Source: Phoronis australis
Taxonomy: Eukaryota > Animalia > Phoronida
Assembly (NCBI GenBank): GCA_002633005.1
Contig: NMRA01000215.1
Coordinates: 196,690-260,689, forward strand
DNA: 64,000 nucleotides
Direction: 5' to 3'
Part shown: positions 1 to 10,556 of the stretch, piece after piece
Layout of the letters: each line of letters begins with the position of its first letter
How positions within the stretch are numbered: the stretch's first letter is position 1
Notes under the pieces: model-generated
Told to the model about the DNA's origin: nothing
Databases searched by the model: none
The model's input: only the letters and a program-made list of their open reading frames with translations
Program-made: the position numbers and the translations under genes

Positions 1-530
1 TAAACTTAGTCTTAAATTTGTTTCTCGAAGTTGTAATTTGCAAAAGAAACGAACAACGCACATAACACGATTCATGTGAACATAAAACAATTAAGACAAT
101 GAATACTTTATATGCAGATTTAATTGTTCACAGAACTGAATATACAATTGGGCATTTTTTACTGGTTTGAGCCTCGTGATTTATGGAGGCGGTTCTAGTG
201 TAAACAAAACACAATTTCAAAATTCACTGATTTAAGGAGGTACAGCAACTTTAAGACATTAAAATTGAAATGTGAGACTTCATCGTGAGTTTCAGCAGTA
301 TATTACGTAAGCGTGGTAAAAAGTTCAGGAAGCATTCAGTGAAGTGAATCAGTAAGTCATCTGTCAGTGAGGTACTACCCAATGCAGTGTTGGAGGTTTT
401 TGTTCTCCAGAGGCTACATGAACAACTTAGAACATTTATTTTACACATATATGTAACTGCATACACACAGTGTTGCTGTTTTGGAAAGTTTTATCAAGCT
501 GTTGTTCAAGATCTCCATCTGCTTTTCCAG

Positions 531-605
531 CATGTAAGCTTGGTTTGAAGACTGTTGGAGAGGATAGTGGCAATTCTGACCTACTTGCTGATCTTATCAT
601 AAAAG
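531..605 (+). CDS. UROS: Uroporphyrinogen-III synthase, internal exon (first one inside the window)
   Basis: Acceptor gcttttccag|, donor AAAG|gtattg; 75 nt, phase 1/1; encodes xCKLGLKTVGEDSGNSDLLADLIIK, matching the recalled vertebrate UROS segment [24 protein letters not shown]. Confidence 0.9.
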
Positions 606-1012
606 GTATTGTTACTTGAAAGTCTCGTAAAAGTGATGACAATTCGATTGTCATCAGTCATTAGGACATGATAACTCGGTTCCAAAAATTCGCCTTTACT
701 TGATAAATTTGCTAACTAGTAAAGTCAGAGCCCTTGATGCCTCGATTTTGAGGCCGAATATTGGCCCCATTCTCATTATGAAAAACATTTAGAAGTCAAG
801 GGAAATTGTTCTCATCTGTTCCAAAAATTTCCAATGGTAAAAAATCCCCCTCTTTGTCAGTTATAATCATCTCTGGAAAACATTAGTTTTGGCTACTTGA
901 AGCATTTCCATTGGTTATAAATAAGGGTGCTGACTACCATACGGCTACTTGATGAGCTGAAATTTTGATGGCGTTGTTTTAGCTGAACATGATTTGGAAC
1001 TGAAATTTGTTG

Positions 1013-2770
1013 TTTTTATGCGCCCACATATTTGTATGTGAACGCATTATGCCGTCATCCCGGTCCGTCGGTGCAGCCGTCCGTCCAGCCATCCGTCTGT
1101 CCGGCGTCCGCTGCTCTATCTCCAAAACTGTTCAACGCATGTTCATGAAATTTTGAGCTCATGTTCCCTTCATGCATGGGACGGCATGAGCGAACGTTCA
1201 GACGGACTTGACTATCGGTGTGCCCCCTAGTGATAATTTCAGTTTTTTACGTTTAACTCCGTATCTTCAAAGGCCCTCAGCGTATTTTCATAAAATTTGG
1301 CATATAGGCATCTATTAGTGAGATGATGCTAGCCTTTTATTTTCAGGTGAATCTGATGCAGTTTGCGCCACCTAGTGGCCATTTTCACTGTTTTTGAGTC
1401 TGTTTTTGGCGTCCACCCCTCTATCAACCAAACTGCTCTTAGGATGATTGTGAAAAGTGGCATGTATGTTCTTACTATGAAGAGGACGGCTGACGATGAT
1501 TTTTCGACGACTTTGACTACTGTGGCACCTCCTAGTTGTAGTTGTTTTTTGCACCCATGTATCTCCTAAACTGTTTGCAGGATCTTTACTAATTTAGCAA
1601 GTATATCTATGTGATGTTGACAACGGACAAACTCAACCTTCAGATGGATCTGACTACCGGTGTGCCCCCTAGTGGCAATTTTAGTTTTTTACGTTTACCT
1701 CTGTATCTTCAAAGATCCTCAAGGTATTTTCATAAAATTTGGCATATAGGCATCTATTGGTGAGATGACGATATCCTCCTGTTTTCAGATGGATTTGACA
1801 TAGTTTGCGCCACCTAGTGACCATCTTTAGTGGTTTCGAGTCTGTTTTTTGGCGTCCACACCTCTATCAACCAAACCGCTCTAAGGATGATTATGAAAAT
1901 TGGCATGTATGTTCTTACTATGAAGAGGATGGCTGACGATGATTTTTCAATGACTTGACTACTGTGGCGCCTCCTAGTGGCAGTTTTGTTTTTTTGAACC
2001 CGTGGCGTTATCTCCTAAACCGTTAGCAGGATCTTTACTAAATCTAACAAGTGTATTTATATGGTGTTGACGGTGGACGCCGACTACTTTCAAACGGATG
2101 TGACTACCTAGTGGCAATTTTAGTTTTTTACGTTTACCTCTATATCTTCAACGGATTTTCATAAAATTTGGAATATAGGCATCTGTTGGTGATATGATAC
2201 TATCCTCTCATTTTTGGATGGAATCGAGGTACTTTGCGCCACCTAGTGGCCATTTTGATGTTTTCGAGTTTTTTGGCGTTCACCCCTTGATCAACTAAAC
2301 CAGTTTTTTGGCGTTTACTCCTCGATTAACCAAACCATTCTAAGGATTGGCGTATATTTGTTCTCAGTGTGAAGAGGACAGGCGACGATGAGGACTTCGA
2401 CTACTATGGCACCTCCTAGTGGTAGTTTTGTTTTGCGCCCATAGCTACATCTCCTATTGTATCTCTTATTGTATTTATATGAAGCTAACAACAGAGGATG
2501 ACATATTTCAGGCGGATCCAACGAACGCTGTGCCCCTTAGTGGCAATTTCATTTTTTCTGTTTTCCTTTGTTTCTCTGAATTTCCTTGACAATTTTTTTG
2601 AAATTTGGTAAATATCTTTCGATTAAAGAAGCAATGGCGTGTTCCCTTTTTCAGATAAATTGTATGTTTTTGCGCCATCTAGTGGCCATTTTTACGAAAC
2701 AAACAACCCTATAAGCACGCCGTTTGCGGTGCTTTCGTGGGTGCGTTTCAGTGCTCCGCGTTGCTCTTGT
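1013..2770 (+). mobile_element. Non-autonomous Helentron-associated (HINE/DINE-1-like) element with internal ~442-bp tandem repeats
   Basis: Starts in a T-run; 5' subterminal repeat atgcgcccac (1018-1027) folded into a hairpin (1018-1047); (CCGT)n-like microsatellite 1051-1110; about 3.5 internal repeat units; 3' inverted subterminal repeat gtgggtgcgt (2737-2746) and cttgt end. This order matches the described DINE-1/HINE architecture. Confidence 0.75.
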
Positions 2771-4023
2771 ATATCATGCCATGTTTTGATTGACATATAA
2801 ACTTAACAAAAATACATCGTTTTCATATGCAGAGATTTTTGGGCAGATTATGTGCCAAATGGGTTGGCAGCCCTGCTTTAACTTGCGAGAATGAAGGACA
2901 ATTTCATATTGTAATTATGTAGATGTGTGACCACCGCTCGACGCTATGAAAATTGCCAGGTCGCATTTTCAAAATCCAGGTCACAAAAATTTCCCGCCAT
3001 TTTTACATGCCAAAACTGAACTTTAGCTCTTCGAGAAAATGTTTAATACGCTTTTACCAGCGACGTTAAATACTCCCAAATTTAAATACTCCCAAATTTT
3101 AGGTCACAAAATTGAAGTATTACATGCATGTACGGCGTTACCATTTTTCTCAATTGCCATTGAAATGCACTGGAAGTGCGTTTGCAATGCGAACAAAAGC
3201 CATGCCACCTGAGATTCTCATAAGAGTTTTTTAGCCTACATCCTTTTGCAGTTTTGAGTTCAAAGAATTTGTCACAAGACTAGTTGCTGACGTGAAAGTT
3301 GAATCAGTGCTCTCTAACCGACACGTGCATTCGAGTAGCAATGTATGCAATGTGAAACAAAAGAAAATACCCTTTGAAAAACTACCTGTGACTTCTAGGA
3401 CTGACCTGCTATATGATTGTCATCAAAGTCATTAAATAAGCAAAAATAGATAACCCAGCGTCCAAACTCTCTCCATTTGTTTGCAGTCCAATTTTGGCAA
3501 CGTGAACGAATGAAGAACATCCCGTCGAAAAAAGTCTGCGAAATGTTGCATCAGTTGAATGACGTATTAATGCGCGGGAATAATTCAGTGTCAAATTTCA
3601 CATCAAAAAATCATGTGACTTATGCTATTCACATATTCAAAAATCAGTTTTTAATGAAATGAAAAGCCTCGAGATTTTCGTACAACTGCTCAAAGATATT
3701 AAACTTTTCTAATTTCTTGTTATTTATGGTTCACGAATGTGAGCTCACGTCAATCCTCATCATTGATCTTGTTTACAATTTGAATTGTAGATAAATATTA
3801 GTTGATCCTGGAAACAGGTGATGTATATGATATTAATCAGAGGAAGTTGCATTTTGGGTGCACCATGTAAAAAACTATTTTTTCTGATCTTGAGAAAGGT
3901 ATTTATTTCAGTTGTTTAGCTCTGAGATTCCAGTCCTTATTTCTCTTCATGTTGTAATTGAATATTCCCTTTAGTTGTCGTCTCACTGTAAAGACCTTCA
4001 TAAGACCAATATTACTATTTCAG

Positions 4024-4107
4024 ATAAACCCAAAGTTGATCTGCCCATCCTCTTCCCCTGTGGTAATCTCAGTAAAGAGACACTACCAGTCAGACTAAAT
4101 CAGTCGG
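4024..4107 (+). CDS. UROS: Uroporphyrinogen-III synthase, internal exon
   Basis: Acceptor tatttcag|, donor TCGG|gtaagg; 84 nt, phase 1/1; encodes (D)KPKVDLPILFPCGNLSKETLPVRLNQS(G), matching the UROS motif LPLLFPCGNLKREILP. Confidence 0.95.
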
Positions 4108-5006
4108 GTAAGGAGTATAATTGCAAGACGAAAGTAATCGGACAAAATACTGTTGCCTCATCATGACAGCTAACTGTGTAAACAGCAAAAATAACTGGTA
4201 ACGGCCATTAGGGCGACAAAATTCTAATTACGAAATGTCTGAGCCACCTAGTTTCCTTTTCATTGCTGTTCATTCTCAGACATGGTAGACGACCCCACTA
4301 ACAAGGAATTTGGCTTCCACCCGGCCGTCATGACGGGGAGTTCAGGGTGATTATGTCTGAATACTTCTTGCTTGTACTGTAGGTCGTTGTTCATTGTTTC
4401 ATCAGTATTGTTTTTTTATTTTAAACAACATATACATATTTGAGCATGTGAGGTTTAACTATTCTAGATTAGTGAAAATGCAGAAAACGATGGTTTTGAT
4501 TTTTGATTCTGTCATTATTAGGGCCAGTTTGACAAACATCATTTATCATGAACACAGCTTCAAGCATTTGTCGCTTATTTTTGAAAGTTAGGCCCCTCTC
4601 ATGTGGCATTTATGTTAGTGATAGATACAGTAGGCTTAATAGTGTCATCATGTTTGTCAGCTTGCTGTGGAATACACCACACTATTTACCGTACATAAAA
4701 CTTGTTGCATTTATTGGTTAGTTTATTCCTGAATTAGTAATTTTCCTGCTCAGAACTCCTCACGTGATATTTACATATACACTGAACTCGTGTTCTTGTG
4801 AGGTTTCGTGACTTTTGAAGAGTTCAATTTTGAATGCATTGCGACATTGTAACGATTTTCTTCCAACATTGACACAATGTGTTGCAATATTTTGCGCGAT
4901 TTAATTTCAAAAGTTCACAGTGCATGCATACACTCCCAATGGGCACACAAAATTCGTGAAGATTTCACCGAAGCCTCCAGTTCTTCTAACCTTAAACAAG
5001 CCTTAA

Positions 5007-5750
5007 GGTTATGTAAGACCTACTACAACAAAAATAGTAAAGACATGTCGCAATGCAAACAGCGGGTAAGTACTATTTGAAGAGAGACAAAACAAATATC
5101 TATTTTGTGCAATAAAATAACATAGAGAATGTCACTGTGGCACAACTGAAGACAAACTGAGACTGTTATTTAAGATAGCAACACTTAAATTATATAGTAC
5201 TCTAGAAAAACTGCACAAATTTGACTAACTTAGAAACATCATATCTCAGAAATGGCGGATTGGATTCATTTGAGACGTTTTGATAATATGTTTTATGCAC
5301 TGTTCACAAAAACTGTATTGGGAATTGTTTTTAAAATGTTCCTTTTTTGCGTGAGGGGACACCAAAAATAGGCCTTAATATATGATTTTTAGGAGAAAAA
5401 TCAAAAGTTGTATAAAACAAATATGAAATGATAGTTTTCACCTTGAACATTTATATCTAATCAAATTTGGCCCTGTTATTGAATTGGTTTTGCTATCAAT
5501 AGGGTACACCTGATTGACTTTGCCAGTTGTGCCGGGTCAACTGGTTGAGACATCTTCCAGCTTACAGACCAATCAGATAACTTATCTGTGCTGCTATTGC
5601 ACCTATCTTTTGATAAATTTTACTAAAAAAGACAAAGTCACATGACTCGATCAATAGCCAATTGGTAAAGAGTCAAAAGTTTAATTCTACAGGCTTTCTT
5701 AAATTCATCTCTACGGAGTTAAAGTCTGTTGTTTTTCTGATACACTGACT
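5007..5750 (+). mobile_element. Dispersed repeat family A, probably non-autonomous Kolobok-type (copy 1)
   Basis: Begins TTAA|GGTTATGT; core catcatatctcagaaatggcggattggattcatt recurs at 9868-10330, 43102-43580 and inverted at about 41270-41520. TTAA plus RR terminus suggests Kolobok; right end not defined. Confidence 0.6.
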
Positions 5751-6540
5751 TTTCGGTGGACACAACCTTAATCTCTATGAATGAATTTCCTTGTTTTCTG
5801 CTGATGCCTCTCACCACATTTTACTTTGTACATTTTCAGGTAATAGTCACTTACAGTGGCCCTGTATTTGGAGGACCAGTTTTCTCCAATGCAATTTACT
5901 ATTGTCCATTTCCAGTCCAGTGCGTACCTTGGAGGCATGATTTTCTCAACCAAATCAATGAATTTTGTTTTAGTAAAGCCTCAGCGACATAGCCCTTTAT
6001 GAAAATACTGTGAATTCTCACCAGTTTGAAACAAAACTCATTGCCAGAATTGTGTTTTTCGTCATTTTCTATATGTTCTTCTGTGTTTAGAGTGTACACA
6101 ATTTTTCAAAACATTTTCTGGCACAGAACTTAGAACATGAAAAAGCTTTAATTAGGTGCCACGTATCTTTCATAGAAATATGAGAAAATAAAATTTCATG
6201 TGTCCGCCATATTGTGAGCTTTTACTGCTGTAAGATCGTGCCACATTATCTCTTGGTTGTTTTTCTGGGAATTATTACGTGTAATATTCCAAGCTGATAA
6301 TTTGATATATCGTATGTTGGTATAGAAATGTTATTGAGCAAGCCTTTGAACCGAACTACCCATTGTAAAAGATGAAGACGGGTAGTTCTGCCTGATATTC
6401 TTGCTGTATGACATTTTATAATGACAGAGTTGTTTTTTGTTCTTGTATGTTTTATCCGTATGTTACAACATTATTTATTTATTCACTTCATTGTTTGTGT
6501 TTTGTGCTACTCAAGTAATTGCTATTTTATCTGATTGTAG

Positions 6541-6626
6541 GCATTTCCTTGGAAAGTATTACTGTTTATGAAACCATGGCAGACAAGGCAATAAAAGAAA
6601 ACATGTCAGATGTAATAAAAAACGAG
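6541..6626 (+). CDS. UROS: Uroporphyrinogen-III synthase, internal exon
   Basis: Acceptor gattgtag|, donor GAG|gtgaga; 86 nt, phase 1/0; encodes (G)ISLESITVYETMADKAIKENMSDVIKNE, matching UROS GIAMESITVYQT with the conserved VY.T motif. Confidence 0.95.
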
Positions 6627-8045
6627 GTGAGAAAGGTTGCTCAGATATTCTAGGTATTTTGAAGAAATCTTTGTGACTTAATAGTAGGTTGTCTGCTTAA
6701 TATAGATAGCATGTTATATCTTTTGTATGTGATGTGTAACTGAGGTTGGCAATGGATTTCGCACCTCAGTGGTTGGCAAAATACACTGGTTAGACTGCGG
6801 CAGAGGTTTATCTGCAGTTTTGACTACTTTTGACTTCTAAGTGTCTGCTGGTATACGATTTTTGAACAAAAACGAGCTGACGAATGATCAGTCGCTCAAC
6901 TGAGGCTTCCATAATCATTCTGTCATAATTTGTATATTAGCCTAACCAAACTTTGTTGATGATGCAAAAACCCTGGTGAACCAGAGTTGTTTGGTGAAGC
7001 ATTTTGGAAAGTTGGTGAAGCATTTTGGAAAGTTGGTGTTTTTGGATGTAACGAGGAATGTTGCCTGTACTAAATTTTTTTATAGAAATCTACTAAAAAG
7101 CTCCAAAATACCCAGGCTCCTTTTTATCCACATGCTGTACAGTCTTTAAACAACAATGTTTTGGTGGAACCCTGCTTTTGGTTCTGTGATATGTCGAGTT
7201 ATCGTTGGCAATTACTCGTCATATTACAGAACCAAACAAAGTGTATTATTTGCATCTCCACCACAAACTTGATTAATTTGAGTTTGAAGTTTGCCACTTC
7301 TGCTTGATCTAATTAGCGTTGCATGGAAGTAGAAATGATAATACAGAAAAACGGAATTCTACCCAGCGCAAGGCAGGCAAACTGACAGACTTGCAAACTG
7401 AAATAAGAATCGCAAATAAGACTGAGGTATAATTAAAAGATAACTAAAAAAGGACAACAGATTTGGCGATGACACGTATAGTGTTTACCAATTTCTGTTA
7501 TAAATTCATAGCATGGTATGGCTTCTCATTGTTCCATGATTAAAAATTGTGAAATATGCAATGAGGAAATTGTAGCAGGTGACTTTATACTTGACTATTT
7601 CCATTGTTGAAATAAGTGTCTTGCCTGAATGCCATAGTTATCGTGTCTCCAAATGGCATGTGTAGATGCTAATAACCATAAAATGTACGAAACTAGCACT
7701 TCGAACAAAGAACATTGAGGTAAATACAAAGAAATATAGGATTAGGGATTTGTTGTCAGTGATAAGTGATGCTAGTTGGTCAATAGGTGGCGCTAATCAT
7801 CTTTCTGAAAAATAGCCTGCATCTGATTTCAGATGTGTGTGTTAGGATGTGCATTTTTGTTATTTACGTTTCAAGTATTTATGTGTTTAATACCAAAACC
7901 AAACTGTTCACATTTAGTCGACATTGAATAATTCTTTTCGAGCAATTATTTCATGCGATTTACCTAAAAGTGTCTGATTGCTGTTTAAGATCTTTTCATA
8001 TTTTGTCTAGGTTTCAAAAATGTTTGTATCTTGCATTTTACGCAG

Positions 8046-8141
8046 GGTGTCCCTGAATTTCTGGTATTCTTCAGTCCCTCTGGTGTCCGCTTCACCAAGG
8101 ATGCAATAAAGCATCTAAATCTCCCATCAGATAAAATGAAG
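8046..8141 (+). CDS. UROS: Uroporphyrinogen-III synthase, penultimate exon
   Basis: Acceptor tttacgcag|, donor AAG|gtaagt; 96 nt, phase 0/0; encodes GVPEFLVFFSPSGVRFTKDAIKHLNLPSDKMK with the HemD/UROS signature FFSPSG. Confidence 0.96.
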
Positions 8142-9142
8142 GTAAGTATGAGAAACAGTTTTTGTGAAACCACTCAAGTTATGTCGTCTATTAGTGATGG
8201 ATTCTTCTCGTGAAGGAGAAATCAATTTTTAGACTGTTTTAGACACTTTTCATTCATTCATTGAAAATTAGAGCAAAAGGAAAGCATATGATACTTATGA
8301 AAGCTTGTTTATTTCACTCACAGTACTTGCCTTGAATTAACAAACCTGATGTTTGGTATACTGGAGGTTATATTTGGTAGTTTTATAACAAAATATTTTT
8401 GGTCCTAACTAATCAAAGCAAAGACGAATGGTTAAATCATTAGCTGAATAACTCATCACTTTGGGACTGGGATTAAAGTCTGATTGATAACTTTACAAAA
8501 TTTACCTGTAATATGTGATATGATATCATTTTGGCAACAATGGTTGCTTGGACGTATTAAAGAATGAATCAATAACTGTAATCTTTGCTTTCAATTTCTG
8601 GATTATCTGAAGTACTTGGAAAGCGTATAATAGCTACTACAGTGCACTCATTGTGATCGATTAAAATTGACAAATAACTATTTCACGATATAGATTTCCC
8701 TGTGTAGCCAGACATCAAACATGTGCGCCGGTGCAGGGCTTACCTTGAGACTATTGTTTCAATGTTTGATGGTTACCCACAGTTATTGATGTGCTGGTTG
8801 TTTGTGGTAGGGTGTTAACTCTCAGTGTACTCGTGGCCATGTGGGCGGCCTTCTTTGTTGCAAGACAATCACGCAATGTTTCACAACACGTTATTGGTGA
8901 GACAGTTTGTTCTTAGTAACTCAGTTGTTTTGAGTTTTGCATCGTTGTCAGTTCAAGTTGTGTCTTGAAAGAGAAGGGAGTTGTGAGCTGGTATTTATTC
9001 TTTTACAATTCACTTGTTTCCCAGGTGTGCATTTGTTGATTACTGACGAGACATGTTGGAGTTCAAGTGCTTCCTCAGAGTGCAGTTGTACTTATGTTTT
9101 GTCCTCACTGGTTCTGCTTTGGTATTGGGCAAAAATTAAAGT

Positions 9143-9670
9143 CTAGTTCACACGAGCGAATTTTAGCTGAAACGTTCTAGCTTAAAAATATGTTCTGTTC
9201 ACACAATAAAGTTGATATCGCTGAAACAATTTAGCAGAGTTCAGGAGCAGCTGGCATTTGTCGTGCAAAATGTTATGGACGTCATGTGATGGGACATCAT
9301 TTGGCATGCATACTTGAGCACTGTTCCTTTTCAGTGAAAAAGCAGTACCAGAAAGACTTAATCAATTTCACACTAAAATAATTGGGAAAATTGGTATTTT
9401 TTCATTTTTCAAATGCTTCTAGCTTTGCTGTGAATGGCCACAATTTCTCAGAATCATTGTCTGATAGTAGTTGCGTTACAGATCTTTAAAAATGACATAG
9501 AATTTATTTATTGCTATTTATTTTTACGCAAAAACAGAATTTCACTTGTCGGCCATATTGTGTCATAAGCTGGTGATATTTTGCATAATGCCTGTGTGTG
9601 ACATGTTGAAAAGTTGCAGCTAAAGTGCTTCACGTGCGCATGGCGAATTAACTTTGCTCCTGTGAACCTA
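9143..9670. mobile_element. MITE with imperfect terminal inverted repeats (PIF/Harbinger-like)
   Basis: Left ctagttcacacgagcgaa versus right tttgctcctgtgaacctaa. Confidence 0.5.
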
Positions 9671-9867
9671 ACATAAGTTTATGATTGAATTCCTGTCTTG
9701 GTTATGCTCCTAGGCACAGTGTGTGTTGATTGGGGTTTATTTGTTTGCTGTCTAGTACTTCAGCTGTGTTGTGGTTTAAACTTTACCTTGAAGGGTACTA
9801 ATTAATGTTTAGAGCATCACTCTGAGGGAAACCATGCTATAAACTGTCAATTGTAATAAAGGATTAA

Positions 9868-10330
9868 GGTTATGTTGGACCCTAGAAAAATGTCCGTGTT
9901 TGTCTAACTTTGGAACATCATAGCTCAGAAATGGCGGTTCGAATTCATTTCAAATTTTCCTATACTATTCTCTACGCACTGTTCTGTAAAACATTGTTAG
10001 GGATTGTTTTCAAAATATTTCACTTACGCATGAGTTGCATAAAATGAAATTGAAATGATAATCCAGAAAACTGTTACAGCATTTTTGAGATTTTCTGTGG
10101 GACATTTATTTTAGCCGAAATTTGGTCATGCCATTTTTGTTTTGCTATGAATGTACCTTTGTTTTTTTAGCAAATTTTACTGAAAAACATTGCGACGTGA
10201 CTCAATTAATGGAAGATTGGTAAAAAGTCACAAATCAAATTATCCTGGCTTTTTACTTTCAGAAAATGCGTACTTTTACCGAGTTAAAATCTACATGTAG
10301 TGCTGTAAATATTTGGCAAAATACACAGAC
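9868..10330 (+). mobile_element. Dispersed repeat family A (copy 2)
   Basis: TTAA|GGTTATGT start; aligns by eye with 5200-5750. Confidence 0.65.
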
Positions 10331-10556
10331 ATGTCCACAATGTCCCACATGGCCTTCTTGTGACTGAGTCATATCATGTTCACAATGTCCCACATGGCCT
10401 TCTTGTGACTGAGTCACATCATGTTCACAATGTCCCACATGGCCTTCTTGTGACTGAGTCATATCATGTTCACAATGTCCCACATGGCCTTCTTGTGACT
10501 GAGTCACATCATGTTCACAATATCCCACATGGCCTTCTTGTGACTAAGTCATATCA
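10330..10556. repeat. 45-bp minisatellite, five copies
   Basis: Unit cacaatgtcccacatggccttcttgtgactgagtcaYatcatgtt; alternating atat/acat variants give a 90-bp higher-order period. Confidence 0.97.

Noticed and set aside
436-654. 72-aa minus-strand ORF
   Set aside because: It is largely the antisense shadow of the UROS exon at 531-605.
4276-4360. Possible SECIS element or C/D box snoRNA
   Set aside because: No correctly placed AUGA/GA quartet with paired helix II on either strand; box C to box D spacing is too short.
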